Shown piece by piece: positions 14,501 through 31,100 of a DNA stretch of 64,000 nucleotides; the first letter of the stretch is position 1; every line of letters begins with the position of its first letter. The stretch is from the human T2T-CHM13v2.0 reference genome, Homo sapiens. Location of the stretch: assembly GCF_009914755.1 (NCBI RefSeq), contig NC_060946.1; one strand, written 5' to 3'. The translations under genes and the position numbers were made by a program. The notes beneath the pieces were generated by a model that searched no databases, was not told where the DNA came from, and saw only the letters and a list, made by a program, of their open reading frames with translations.

Positions 14501-15549
14501 CCTATTATTATTATTGTTACTATTAGTATTGAAGTGATGGCAGAACCGTTGTTTTTCAGGATTACCTACTCTGCAAACATGGTGGAGGAAAATGGAGACA
14601 AGAGCTATCAACACTAGCGAAAATTCAGGAAGGAGAAAGGATAACATGTATCCCTTATCAGAGATAGAGAGATCCAGGTTGGGGGAAAATATGATAGAAA
14701 AAAGTGCATACATCCTTTAAGCAGAGAAAATGAGACAGGAGAGCCATGGGGCAAAACTGGGATAAGAATTGGTCTAGGGGTCAGCAGTGGCTGGTCTCCA
14801 GTGAGTTTTGCCTGGTGCAAGGTCAGAGAGGCTGGCACTGGGGCATTGAAGTTGCATGATGGAGGGGGTGGCAAGACAACGGGTGGATTCTTCCTACAAC
14901 GAGGCTCCAGCAACCATGCACCTGGGATCTTGTACCTGATCCCTGGCATGCTTGTTAGCCGAAGGAAGGCTACCCAAGTTCAAAGAAGTTCAGGAGAGAG
15001 TGAATGAATATAGTGTCAGTAAGGAAGTGGGACGGCACTCCGCAAAGGCAAACCCAGGGTTGCTAAGTCAGTGCCTCTGGGCCCGGCAGTAACTAACAAG
15101 GATTGCAATGGAGAGAAAAGATGACTGCTTCCCAGCAGGCAGTGACTTATCAGCTTTTATGGCAAAGCTGGGGCCCAGGAGGCACCACAGAGGACCTCCC
15201 AGGTTGCAGGGGAAACACCTGCTTGTTACCAAGCGTTTTTCAGCATGTGGTTTCAGCCAAGCTTAGGAGAAAAGACTGGTCAATGGATGCCTGGAGTTTT
15301 TGTTTAAAAGCCCATCTCCTTCACTAGGTGGGCAACTCCCAGAGGCCAGGCCCCATCTCTTTATTTGTTCATTTGACACCTAGCTCCCAAGCACTTTCTT
15401 AGTGCCAGAAATTAGACAAGACTTTGGGGAGATGGTGATGGACAAGGCAGACATGGTCCCTGCCCTCATGGGGCTTCCAGTCTTACAGGGGAACTCAGGT
15501 CAGAAACATGCATGTGCTAAAAAAATAAAAATACAAAGTTAAAAAAGAA

Positions 15550-15844
<295 letters not shown>

Positions 15845-17618
15845 GGGGACAGGACTTGGGGGGCTACTGTAGACAGGGTGGTCAGGAAGCCTCCTTGAGA
15901 AGGTGATATTTGAATAGAGACTTTCTGTAGCCACATATTTGTAATGGGAGGGACTAGCACATAGTATGTGTTCAGTCATGCTTGTTATGCTGGGAAGTGA
16001 GAAGAGAAGGGGAGACTGGACGTCCCTCTATTGTACATCACTTACAATCTCCCTTCTCCCCTTTACTCTCTGTTTACTATGACTAACTTAGTGCAAGTCA
16101 CCTGGTCACTGCAACCACCTTCTCACCTGCTCAGCAAGTCTCATCAGCCCTGACCCACTCCTCAACCCATCCATTAAGCCCTCAACAACCAGTGACCTAG
16201 ACAGTGGAAAAGCCAGTTGTGATGATCCTACCTGGCTTCCTACCTTTCTGGGCTTCCCTTTTCTTTCATGCTGAAACACAAATGTCTCTGTGAGGCATTT
16301 CTGTGCCTTTGGGGTCACATCTGTGCTGCCTTCCAGCCTCACCCCTTTCTGCTTTCTACCTTCCATGGGACCATTGGCATTGCCAATGCCCAACATATGG
16401 GCATCTGTTTCTGCACATGCTGTTCCTGCTGTCTGAAGTGCTCTTTCTTTCCTTAGCTTGCTCACCCATACTCTGCATCCTTGAGAACTCAGTCCTCCCT
16501 GGCATCCCTTCCTCCCCAATCCCTGTGCTCCCAGAATCCCCTGTGCGTACATTTCATGCTGTGCAGTTATCATTGTCTGTTCACTGGGGTATCTCCTCTA
16601 CTAGACTGAATTCCTTGAGGGCACAGATTGAGTCTTTCAACTCTATCCTAGAGTCCCACACAGTACCTGGCAAATACTCGGGAACAGTTGTTGGAAAAGA
16701 GCAACCATCACCCTTTTCCTCCTCAAGCAAGTTGCTGGTAAGGCCACATTCTGCTCTATGCTGCTTCCTGAGTCACGGGGCAGGCACCAGCTGCATGCTG
16801 GAGAAATCCTCTGGGCTTTCTTAGCACCCTGCCTACGTTTCTCCCTGCAGCAAGATAGCTGACCGTCTTCTTTTGATTCTAAGGCACGTATTTTAAGTTG
16901 CAAGATTTTTGAAATTAGAGTGTATTTTATAATTAATGTGGAACATTAAATTTGTCCCCCTCTCCCCTGAAGGCTGTTTTTGGTAGACAGGTCATTTTAC
17001 AATTAGCGGTGTCTTAGAACTGAGAGAATATGGAACTGGGAGAATAAAGCCTTTTATGTACCCAGGAGAAAGGACTGGGGGCTGGCTAGGCCATCGCAGC
17101 TCACCAGCAATCCCACAGCTAGTGACATGCATTTCCTGGCATTGGGGAGCACAGTTAACATCTCTTATTCCTATTTTCAAAAAATCTGGTGTTATAACTG
17201 AGCCTCATTCAAATTGCAGCTGAAATCCTCGATAATTCTAACTGATTGTAAAATATGCCAAGAATCTCTCTGAATTTGTGGGAGGGTAATAAGGAGAGGT
17301 GGCACTAGGGTATGGGGCTGTCTCAAATGTTTAGGATGAAACAGAGCCATTTTGCAAGATTCTTATTCTTTAGGGTCCCCTGCTAGGACTCCCCTGGAGG
17401 GTCTTGGAAGCAGGCTTAGGAACTTGTTCACCACTGCCTGCCTAGGTTTCACAAAGGGTGGGCACCCACTGTCAACACATTTTTAAATTTTGTTGATTGA
17501 AAGTTATTTGAGTCTATTTCTACCCTTCTCTGAACTGTCATGGGTAGCTGAGAAGCCTAAGAAACCACTGTATTCAGATCGGCGTGGAAGCAAAAGCAGC
17601 ATGGCAAAGCAGGAAAAG

Positions 17619-17930
17619 AGCCAGGCACAGAGGCTCACTCCTGTACTCCCAGCACTTTGGGAGGCTCAGGTCAGAGGATCACTGGAGGTCAGGAGTTCGA
17701 GACCAGCCTGGCAAACATAGTGACACCTCATCTCTACAAGAAACTTAAAAATGAGCCCGGTGTGGTGGTTTGCGCCTGTCTTCTCAGCTACTTCAAAGAC
17801 TGGGGCGGGAGGATCACTCGAGCCCTCGAGTTCAACGCTGCAGTGAGCTATGATCATGCCACTGCACTTTAGCCTGGGTGAAAGAGTGAGACTCTGTCTC
17901 TTAAAAAAAGAAAGAAAGAAAGGAAGGAAA
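17619..17930 (+). mobile_element. Alu (diverged AluJ-like)
   Basis: Two arms and an A/GAAA-rich tail. Confidence 0.9.
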
Positions 17931-20900
17931 AAAAGGAAACAGCTGCTCTAATCCTTACAACAACTATAAAGGCAGGTATTTTTATCCCCATTCTGTAGGT
18001 GAGTATAAGTCACAGAGACAGAATTGACTAACCCAAGGTCACACAGCTTATAAGCAAGAAGCCAAAAAACATAACAGAACACTACCCTTTAACAAGACTA
18101 ACAAAGCCCTTTGGGTCCTGACCACTTCCACTTGCCCCTCCCACCCCATCCAGCATCACCACCCTGCCACTCCCCCACCCCCACCCCTCTCAGTTTCCTA
18201 TCCACCCTGGCCTTCTCTTGGTACTTGTCTCATTCCTTCCTTGCCTATCTCTGGACATGCTGCCCTCCGACCTGGAATGTCCTTTCTTCCTCTCTTCACC
18301 TGGATTAACTCCTATTCATCCTTCAGGTCTTCACTCCCATCTCACCTCCTCAGGGAAGCCTTCCCTGGTTAGCTAGAATCCCAGTATTATGAGCTCACGT
18401 CTCATGCATCTCCTGTGAATAGCACTTATCAGAGCTGTAATTTATATACATGTGAGATTATGTGAATTGGGATTCAAATAATGTGAATCGGGGTTCAACA
18501 AGGGCAGTGACCCTGAAGGACGCTGCTTCCTATGATGTTCTCACCTCATGGCCTAGTGCTTGGCGCTTTACAGGGGCTCATGAAAGATTTCACCAATAAA
18601 ATAAATGAGTGAAGGAATTGTCCCATCTATGGCTGCGAACTAACCTGGAAACGTACAATGCCTATTGCGTTTGAATATGGGTTTTTGACCAAAATACTTA
18701 TATTTGAGGTTAAAAGGAGACATTGCATTTTGATGAAATATTTCTTGCATTATCAGTCTGGATTTATATCTTCTCCTCCCCTCAACCTGAAAGCGAACAC
18801 TCAAGGGAAGCTCTCCCCCAGGATCTGTGACAGACACTTTAGATGGTGTGGAGGGAGGAATGTGTGGCCAGGATCTATTTAGAGGACTTGCACCCCCGGC
18901 GCTTTCTTCTCAGGCATTTGTTTTCTCTCCAAGCACTTTTTGTTTCCATTATCTTTTTTACTATTGTCCTTTATGCGTTCAGTCTCTCTTCCTCTCTCTC
19001 TTTCTCTCCATCTCTCTCTCCCTCCTTCCATCCCTCCCTCTTTTCTCTCACTCCTTCCTCTGTATTGAGTTCATTATTTATTTTTTAGAATGTTAAAAAA
19101 ATTAATGCTTTGGCCACCACAGCTCACCATGCAGGAAGAATAATCCTTCGGCAGTGTGAAGGGACCACCCTTTCTGAACACCCACACTGTAGCAGGCAGT
19201 AGTCATGGGTTCATTCATTAACAAGGTAGATTGACTTCTTGCACTGTCATGATTGCTGTGGGCACAGCAGTGAGCAGAACAGATGAAAATCCCTGCCCTC
19301 ATGGAGCTGACAGTCTAGTGGTGAGAGACAGACACCACATATAATGAGTGGAGGACAGAGCGTGCTACAAGGTGGTAAGTACTCTGTAAAAATAAAACAG
19401 CAAAGGGGGATGGATGAGGAGTGCAGGTGGAGGTTGTTGATTGCAATTTCAAATAAGGTGATCTGAGAAAAGGGAGGACAGACATCCATTCATTTAATCC
19501 CTAAGCCAGCAACTGCCCTTCGAGGAGGAGATTATGCCTCCTTTTTTTCCAGATAAGGAAGCTGAGGGTTAGAGGGGTTGAGTAACTTGCCCCAGATCAC
19601 ACAAGGCTGCAGTGCAGGAAGTGAACCCAGGTCTGTGTGGCATCAATTCTTTCAACGAGACCACAAAAACTTCATCTGAAAACTTCTGTGAGTTACGTAG
19701 GATGTAAATTTGCTATTTTCTGAAAATGCTTGAAAACATAAACCCATGGATCATTTACACTGGGGACAGCTCCAAAATGAAAGGACAAAATAGAGGCACA
19801 TGGTGAGTTTGGCCTGAAGTTCAGCATTAGAAATTGACTGCTGCATTTCCTTAGACTCAGCTACTCAGCTCACAGGGGGCGTGGACCAGGGCACAGTCGT
19901 CGTCACCCTGAAAGGTGCAAAGCAGCTCAAGATGGCAGCTAGGAGGGAGGGGTATGCAGGGGAGTCACTGGGTTGGAACTCAGGCTTCTTGAGATGCTCA
20001 GGTTGAGTGCTCAGTGAGGGATGCTCAACAAGACACAGACCAGATGTAACAGTGCTTATTAGTGGATATAAGTGGGAGGCCACCGTGGCTCGGGTCTACT
20101 GCCCAGAGCACTCTGGAGGCTTGCAGAGGGCACATGATAGGGGGACAATGTAGCCCGATGAGTCATAAGGGGCCTGGATTCAAGTTCTGGCTCTGCCACT
20201 GCCTGCCATGTGACTTTGGTGTGTTGTTCATTCCTGTGTGCCTCATTCAGCTCACCTGGAAAGAGGAAGCAAGGGCAGGGAGTGTGGTGTGAACTGACCA
20301 GGACTCCAGGTAGAGGAGCCGGGTTTGGCTAACACGGTGAGAATGGCTAGGAATGCAAGGCCTGGCTGTATGGAAAAGCTGCTGGTTAGAACCCAAGCCT
20401 GAGGGAAAGTTGTCAGGGTTCTTTGAATTGGATGGGAGGTTTGTGAAAGAGTAGAAGGTTCTGCTGGAGCTAAACAGGGGTGGGCCATTCTAAGGCCTGC
20501 TCTCTGCTCAGAGGTGTCTGTTCTGGGGAATATTAAGATCACAGTGAACTTTGGTATACTTTAGAAGCAGAAAAGGGAAGAAAATCAATTGGATATTTTT
20601 TTTCTTTCCTATAGAGGCTGTGTGCATGGATCATTTTTCTTTACCTTTCCTTGAATAATTTGCCTTCACTGTAGCCAATTAGGAGCTGTGCAGCCTCAAT
20701 GACTGACTCCTTTTGAATTCACTTATCTTATAATAGTGGATTCATGACTCATTATTATTCTTATAAAAAAAGAAGTTCCAGGAAGAACAAACAAATCATT
20801 CTGACTTCCGCACCCCCTTCTCTCCCTCTCTCCTTTCTCTCCCTCTCTTCTTCGCCCTCTCTCCCCACTCTCCTCCCTCTTTCTCTCTCTCTCGATCACT

Positions 20901-21920
20901 TGGTTGTCACATATCCTCATGATGTTTGCATTCATCTCAGTAATTTTAAGAATTTCTGCATCAATCCATTGATAAATATTTCTTATGCGCTTCCTGTGTG
21001 CAAAGTACCTAAAGAAAGTCAAATTATCTTGGGAATTATGGAGCAATACTTGCACAGTGTGAAGGCCTGTTAGTACCTTCCAGATTCAGCCCACCCATGC
21101 TAGAAGGCAAGCGTGTCTGGGAAAGGCTATTGACTTTCCTAAAATAAAAGATGAATCCTTTTTTTTTCCTGCAGAATAAGAGAGCCATGGCTGAGCCGAG
21201 CGTGGAGCACTGTATCACCTCGCAGGCCATCATGACTTGGAAAAGATTTGGGACCATTGAGAGAGACACTTCTTGCTCAAAGAGAACAAGGATGTAGAGT
21301 GGCTGGCAGAGCCCCTGTGAGCAAGCAGCCTGGTGGGGGCAAGAAAGGAGAAGCCACTGATGGATGAGGAGCTCAGATATTCAGCAGAGGGAATTTGACA
21401 GCCTGGACAGAGAGTAAGATTTCTGTTCTGCCTCACAGTAAGGCAAAACGGACAGAGGGGGAGAGAAAACACGGAGTCTGCTTCCTCTACAGGCCACATT
21501 ATGCCCACTGTTGGCTTCACCTCTGAAGGTCTGGAAATCCTTTGGGGGAGCCATGGAGCCAAGACAGAGGGGAGGAAGGCATAGGAGAGAATAAGCACCA
21601 AGAGTGAATTTCTTGCTGTCCCTGGAGACGATGTTTCCTTTAGGTGACAACAGAGGCTAATATCCTGAGCAGCAAGCTACCAGGCAGCCTAGAGACACCT
21701 TGCTTGAACAAGCTGTTTTCGCATCTTGTTGTAGATTTCATTGAACTCTTCTCTGAGAGGGCCAATTCATCTTTCCATGCAGAGACTCTTAATTCAGCTT
21801 TCTTGAAAAGTTCATGAACTTCTGTCTCTCTCCACCTACCTGTATCCACATACACACTGTCATCTCCCACCCACGCTCCTCGAATCCCCCTAAGGACACC
21901 AGCCTGCTGGGGATTTCAAG

Positions 21921-21923
<3 letters not shown>

Positions 21924-21960
<37 letters not shown>
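21924..21960. repeat. (CA)18 microsatellite
   Basis: Read directly from the sequence. Confidence 0.95.
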
Positions 21961-21963
<3 letters not shown>

Positions 21964-24900
21964 TTTTCAGTCTGCAGAGGAAGAAAATAAGGGTGGTGGT
22001 TTTTTCCCTGGCCCTTCTCCCTCTCCCCCTGTGCCTGTCTCTAACAGGTGGTCATGTATCTTCTCATTCTTCAGCAGACTAGTTAATTTCAAAAGCAGCC
22101 TTAGAGGCAAGGACATTTTTTTTTTCTATTCTTATTTTCATCAAGAGGTGAATGAAAATAATCACCTCAGGAGACAAAAAGCCCTAATGAAAACCAGACA
22201 GCAAAAGAGATCAGAGGAAGACAGGGTTGTTTTTCATCTGGAGTCATTAGCGGCATCTTAGAAAGAAGATGTGAAATCTGTTCGCAATTTCTCCAGATTG
22301 GGCAGAAAACACAGATCAAGTGGTTAAGGGGTAGGGGGTGGGGGGATCTTTTTTGAAAGTCCAATTTTTCACACAAAAGAAACACAAGTTGGGGGAACCT
22401 CAAGCACTGACAACTTGATCTCCATAGAGAGCGACCCCATTCTGAGTGCTCATAAAAGCAAGCACACTGACAGCCCCCAAGGACTGTCTACGCCAACTTC
22501 CAGAAACAACTGAACTTACAGCCTTTGGAGATCAGTGCAGTCTTTGAAAATAAGAGGCTTACAATCTCCAAACTACTTCCTAAGTCGCCAAGGCCCAACT
22601 TCCTAAGGTGGTCCCAGGCCTGCAAAGCTCCAATTGACAGAGGCTTTGGAAATTAAAGGCCCGGTCAAAAGCGGGCCCGGAGCTCCAGCCCTTCCTGCCC
22701 TGGCCATGGCTACAAGTGGAAAGGGAGTATCATCCCTGAGGAGAGCCTGGCAGGGCCCCACAGTACTGCCCGGGGGTAGTGAGGCCCCGCTGGGGAGAAT
22801 GGCCCAACCCACAGTGCCTGTGCGCATCGCACAATCCTTGGGAAGTGTTGCAATTCTAACCCTTTACAGACAACTCAGGGAGAGAGGGAGTGTGCAGCTT
22901 GGAGAGAAAGTTAAAGGGGGTGGGCAGCACATTTGGGGGTGTGGACATCAAACAGATGGAATTTTAATCAAAATACTTAAGCCTTTTTAATGCACGAGTG
23001 ATACAAAGCTACCTCTAGTCTGTTTGCCTTCTGGGAATTACACAATATTTAAAAGATCACAATATTAAGAATTTGGAAATAAAACACAGATTTAGAAAAG
23101 TATATTTATGCCAACCCACCCATTTCTGGGTGTATTTATGGTAAAACAATGTCTTGTCTCTCCTCTAGTCTCTTGGCTACCTATCTCCCTCCATCCATCT
23201 AACTAAAATCGAAGGAAAGCAAATTGCCACTATGATCATTTCCCTAAAGCGGTCCTCATTCACTTTGCTTTTCTTCTCTTTCGGAATAAAAGTCTGTCAT
23301 AAATGTTTAATTAAATGGAAGTCTTTCCACTGTTAATGACTAGCTGTATGAAAGGCTTTTCATTTTTTTAAGGAGGGGGCGTGTGTGTGCATGTGTTTAA
23401 AACAGTCCCTATTAATTTCTTGATATTGATTCTCTGGCTGGGGAAGAGCATATAGTATTCAGCATAGAGCTCCTCTGCAGAATATGTTAAAGACAGCGGT
23501 TTGGATTGAGAAAGGGCACCAAATGCAGTATGCGTCAAATAGACCATCGCTCAATGAAGTCACTTAGCTATTCAAAACATGTTCAGCCATCACTCAACCG
23601 TTTGCACCAAGAATGTTGGGAGGGGGGCATGGGATTTGTGCTCTTTCCCAGATGTAATCATTTCCGAAAGTGTGGCTTTTGCTCAGTTTGGGTTAGACCC
23701 TGGGGCCACATCAGTTTCTCTCTCACCCATCCATTTCCCTCTCTTCTCCCCCATCTCCTAGTCTCAACTCCCTGCATCACCATCCCATGTCGAGCTTAAC
23801 AAACAATCCTGCAGTCCTTGCTTCCCGACGCTGCCTCAAACGGCCCCCAGTATTGGTTCATAACAGAAGCAAAACACATAAGCCTCTTTTTTTCCCCCAC
23901 ATGGAAGCATATGTATCTCTCTGTGCACGTCTATCTATGGGTGGCTGTAGCTTGCACACACAGACATATATAGCCATTCAAATGCAGTCCCTCATACTAA
24001 AGTCTGTTGCCAAATGCAGGTTGGATGACCCACAGGAGTTTTTTTTTCTGTGCTTATTAATGTGTCCCAGAAGTACATGCCTTCATCCATAGCGTGATCC
24101 CCCAGCCTTTACACCGTGGCGGCTCCTGTGCCCACAGCACAGACACACATGCCTCAACACTCCGCAAGATCAAGGCAAAGAGCTGACACCCCCACTCCCC
24201 CTTCAACCTCCCCATGCCCTCCCCTCCCTCCCTCCCTGCCTGCCTGCACAATGTCTGATTCTCAAGCCGGCTGCAATGCTGACTCTACTAGCTTCTGGCT
24301 GACAGACATGTCACTCTGTGGAAGCCTAACCCGCAAGTGAATTGCTGTTTATTAGAACTTAGGCTTGTTTCCTGTGAGAGACGTATGTATTTTTAGACTT
24401 TGTAAACGTTAAAATACACAAATACACACACGCAGCCAGCCACCTCGAGTGATATGTGTGGCTCATAGACATTACGAAATGCTCTTGAACTCAGCTTGAG
24501 ATCCTGGAATAATTAGGATTTACCAAATAAGGATTCTTAGAAACAACATATTCTTTTTTAAATAAGGAGATTTGCAGATGGTGGTGTGTCTAGGACTTTT
24601 GGGGAGTAAGGAGAAGAGGAGGGAAAAGGGAAGAGCATTTTTGAATTCTTCATTGCGAAAAGAGAAACAGCATACACAGAAGCAATTATTTTACCCTCTC
24701 ATAGATGGCAATGCTAAATCGGATGGTAAATCCTAATGACTCCAAAGCAGGCAGAACACCTTTGACTTTTAGAGACAATCTCTTGTCGTTTTCACCATGT
24801 CATAGATTATTCCAATGAGGATGTTTGAGGGGATGAGGGGGTGGCGGAGGCGAGGGAGTAGAGTATGGGTTTTGCTTATTGATTTTCTTTCCTCTGAAAC

Positions 24901-25043
24901 TAACCCAACCAACCTTGATTGGTGGTGGAAGGAGTGAACTAAGAAAATGGTGGAATGTAAAGGGGACTTATTTGGAGGAGGGTGGGGAGGGGGGAGTGAA
25001 AGGGGAGGGGTGGGGTGGAGAGGGGGGAGGAGATGGGAAGTCA

Positions 25044-26547
<1,504 letters not shown>

Positions 26548-26549
26548 CC

Positions 26550-26710
26550 CTTCCCTCCCCCCTTGGTGTTTCTTCCAGCTCAGCCTCCTTCTCATTCCAT
26601 CTCTACGTGCCCAGAGCTTCAAATACAACCCTCCCATCACAGTCAGACGGGCACAAAACTTCAACCAGCCGTTTCTCTGCCTGGAAGCGGCGAACATGTA
26701 ACCTGGACGG
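26550..26710 (+). ncRNA. Possible first exon of a divergent lncRNA from the bidirectional CACNG2 promoter (CACNG2-DT-like)
   Basis: Adjacent to the CpG island with a plausible donor CGG|GTAATT at 26711. The existence of a divergent transcript is recalled knowledge; the boundaries are inferred. Confidence 0.3.
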
Positions 26711-28873
26711 GTAATTACAAACACGTCTTTATGTGTTTTTTAAATCATTGTTTTCACTTTGCTTTGCTGGGGATTTGTTTTATTTTGTTGGTCCGTTAGA
26801 TGTATCTTCTTTCGGTTTTCCTCTCTCTTCTCTTTGTCTCTCTCTGGCTTACCAGGGGGTGTGCATTGCTCTGTGTCTCTCTGTAGTTTTCCGTGAAATT
26901 CCAAATCTTGCTTCTACAAGCAGACATTTTGGAAAGATTATTCGTGGAAAAGGGTGCAAAAGGGCGACTCGTAGCTGGGGCTTGGGCAATGATTTTCATT
27001 GCAAGGATAAACATGTTCTCAGGGGAAGTGGGTGAAATGTGAATCCTTCTAAGTATCCTATGTCATTCATAAACTGGTTGGGAAGAGATAAAAAATCTTC
27101 CTTCCATGAACACTGGAACACCGAAACCCTCCCCTCTTTCTCAGAAGAATCATTGTTTGTGGGTTAATTACAGTGTCACCTTTCATTTCTCTTATGTGCA
27201 ACTTTTCCTTAACGTGACCTCTGGTAGAAAGAAGCACATTAATTCCTGCTGCTACGGATTACATTTTTTTCTCTGATCACTTTTATGGTTAAGTGAGTAA
27301 GAGCACATGAGGCATGAGATGGGTTCATGTTTTTGATATTTTGTGTGTGTGTGTGTTGCGGGGGGGGACCCTGGAGAGGATGTGAGTATGATGAGTCTAT
27401 TGAGGCAGGGGGAGTTGAGAGGTTTCAATCCCATAATTCAATTATTCAGTACTTTCTTCTCTCTCCCTCTACTTTTTTTCTTGAGATTATTTGCTTGACA
27501 TCTTTCTCAGTGGTCTGGTGATTATCAGAGGTATATAAAAGATGAGTGAATTAAAAACAGTCTTTCTTTGGTGTAAAGTCCATTGCCTAACTTCCTTCGC
27601 TCAGGTCAGAGTTGGTCTGCAGGTATGACCAGTGTATTTTTTTTGACATAGAAAAACTACCTGTTTCTTCGCCCAGCACAAAACTTCCTTTCTCCCACTC
27701 TGTTCTTTTCTTAGAAGGGAAAGGCTCCCATGAGGGGCAATTGCTGTGCTTCTGGTATCTGGGAGAGGGTCCTGGTGTCTGGAGAACAGAACCAAGATTT
27801 CCTCAACCTCTGCTAAGGTACCTTTGGGGTACAGCAAGAGCTATATTTGCAGGCTGAAGACTTCTCCACTTTGGTTTCTTGTCCTGTGAAGATGGGGATG
27901 GGTACAGGAATGGAGAGGGCTAATCTGCTGATCCCATACAGCAGGGAACCTAGCAAGTTCAGCCAGTGGCTCAGGTGGCTGATTTTCTTCTGTCCTTGAA
28001 GCAAAGGTGAGGGGCAGGCACCAAGTCCTCCTCTGAGATAGGCTAAGCCTTTTGGGGGGAGTGGAGAGAAGGTTGGGGGTAGTCACATGAGCCAAAGAGC
28101 CTTGCCCTCACTTATTGCTGTCACCTTGGTTGTCTTTGACCTGTCCAAAAATCCCTTTAGACTGCAGATAGAGCCATTCTTCTCATCTCTCTCCCCCTTT
28201 CAGACCAACCCCTGAAGGTTTTGCTCAAAAGAAATCAGTAACAGAGGCTCAGAAGCTTCTGTTTGTCCACAGAATCTGCTAACATCTTAGCCACTGACAA
28301 CGGCTGCAGCTTTAGCAGCATTTGATTAATCTTCTGGCCAGATGATCATTGAGAAAAGGGAAAGGGGTGGGGGAGGAAAGCAACAGCTTTTAGGCTGCCA
28401 GCATGGACAGTGCAGAGACTACTGGAGACAGAATGGGCCTGGGGCACAGCTTGACTCTGCTACTCAGTAATGGCATAGCTCCAAACAAGTTAAGTTCCTA
28501 GAGCCTCAGTCTTACCATATGTTAAATGGGCACTTTAGCACCTACCTGTTCCTTTCTGAAGTTCCTCCCAGCTACTGCCAAGCCACCTATCCTATTCAGA
28601 CCTCCACCATCGCACGTATAGCTCATAATTGTGTATGTGTTGTCTCTTTCACTTATTTGAAACCTCTTTGAGGTCAACAGCTGTGTCTTGTTCACTGTTA
28701 TATCTTTGGGACCTGGAGTATAGCTTTATATATAGTAGATACTTGATGAACAATGGCTGGAGTGATCACAGTAAGGATTAAATTGTAGACGTGAAGTGCC
28801 TGACACATAGTATGCACTCAATAAGTGTGGGTTTTCTCTCATTTCTCCTCCCCTCTTTTACATCCAAATTGGC

Positions 28874-29087
<214 letters not shown>

Positions 29088-29377
29088 ATGGGGTCTCCTT
29101 GTATCACCCAGGCTGGAGTGCAGTGGCATGATCTTGGCTCACCCACACCCTCGCCTCCTGGGTTCAAGTGATTCTCCTGTCTCAGCCTCCCGAGTGACTG
29201 GGATTACAGGTGCCTGCCACCTTGCCCAGCCAATTTTTGGAATTTTTAGTACAGCCAGGATTTCACCATGTTGGCTAGGCTGGTCTTGAAGTCCTGACCT
29301 CAGTCCTGACCTCAGTCAGCCCTCCTTGGACTCCCAAAATGGGCTGGGATTACAGGCGTGAGCCACCGTGCCCGGCC
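29088..29377 (-). mobile_element. Alu (AluS-like) with internal 12-bp tandem duplication GTCCTGACCTCA
   Basis: Reverse-complement Alu consensus ending GAGCCACCGTGCCCGGCC. Confidence 0.93.
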
Positions 29378-29859
29378 TCCAGCCTCTTTTTCTATATGGT
29401 TCCTGTACCACACCCCTCCCCTTCCCAACCTAGTTCTTCTCCTTAGGTCCCTTCTGCTCACCATGCAAGGCTACCTGGGAAGAGCTGGCTTGGTACAAGC
29501 CCTGTTGAATGGTTGGGACACACCAGGCATACTTAGTACTTAGTAGCTGCTAAATGGATGCTCTTAGGGGAGCAGCTTTGTATGCCTGCATTTGGTTACT
29601 TGGGAAGGGCTTAGAGGAAATTAGCTGAAATGCCACAGACCTATTTTGAGCTGCTTCTTTGATGTAGTGAAAATAACGTGGGATTTTAGTGCAGCAGACC
29701 TGGCCTTGAAGCACAAGGTTGCCATTTCCTCACATTTGACCTTGGACAGTCATTTAACCTCTCTGAAATTTGTCTCTTCATCTGTCTAGGAGGACCACAG
29801 ATACGAGCATTATGGTGTGATTGTCAGTGTTACATGTTAATAGCATGTGAAAAGCTAAC

Positions 29860-30075
29860 ATTTGATGGGCATTTGCTATGTGCCAGGAACTGACCTAAGC
29901 TAAATCCCACAATGATCCTATGAGGTAGGTGCCATCATTATTCCCATTTTACAGATGAGGAAAACTGAGTCACATAATGGTTTAAGTATTTGGCATAAGG
30001 TTCCCCAGACAGTAAGTGGCAGAGCTGGGAGTCTAGTCCAGCAGCTTGGCTTGAGAGCCTCTGTCTTAACTGCTG
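29860..30075 (-). mobile_element. MIR SINE
   Basis: CCCATTTTACAGATGAGGAAAACTGAG core. Confidence 0.75.
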
Positions 30076-30379
30076 TGTCTTGACCCAAGATATGAGCTTT
30101 CTGAGTAATGGTATTGCACTGAGGCTATTTACTCCTCATCCACAGATTTGCCAGGCATTTGTGGAGTAACTCCTAGGAGCCAGGCATTTTCACACAGATT
30201 CTCACACATAACTCCCCAACAATCCTGCAAATGCATATTAATAACTTTTCCTATAGGGAGAGTAAACAGAGGCTCAGAGAGGTCATCTATCAAGTTGCAA
30301 GGTCATATTTCAAGTAAATGTAACAGCAGATATTTGAACACTTTGCACTGCTTCAAGTTCTACTTCCTACAGGTCCAGA

Positions 30380-31100
30380 GTTTATTCATTCAAAGAATTG
30401 AGCACCCACTGTGTGTGACATACCATGCTAATTCCTAGTGATGGTGATCAGGACAAACGTAGTCCCTGCATCCAAGAACCTACAGACAAGCAGGAGGAGT
30501 ATACAGATGAAGAACGACCACATCGAAGTAAAGAAAATAATACAAAGGATATTGTGAGGCCATGGGGCAGGGAGACCAAACTCAACCTTAGGGGCTGAAG
30601 GACATCTTCCCTGAGGACAGGATATTTAAACTGACATGTAGGAATGAGAAAGAGGTACCTAGGCCAAGCTGGGGGTGGTTAGAGGGTGCAAGGGAAGCTG
30701 AGAAGAGGAACATTTCAGGCTGGGAGAGTAGTTTGTGCAAAGGTTCAGAAGTGTGAGTAAGATGATTGGCCAGTTTTGGGGGAAAAATACTAAGCATGGC
30801 CGATCCTAAGACAATGATAGGAAATGTGTTAGGCCAAGCACCTGGAGACCATGGAGGGGAGGTTGGAGGATGAGCAACAACCTGGAAGAAGCTGGTGGGA
30901 TATGGAAGGAGAGAACCAACCCTGGAGGCAGGAAGACACTGGGAGACAGGAAGGCAATTGCTGCTGAGCTCTAAGCAAGAAGTGATGGTGGCTTGGACCA
31001 GCACAATGGCAATGGGATGGGGAAAAGTGAAGGTAATCGGGGTATTTGGGAAGAAATTGATGACTACTGGTGTCCATTACTAAGATGGGCAACTGTGAGG
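30380..31100 (-). mobile_element. L2 LINE 3' fragment
   Basis: ATTCATTCAA..ATTGAGCACCCACTGTGTG start followed by purine-rich antisense L2-like body. Confidence 0.6.
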
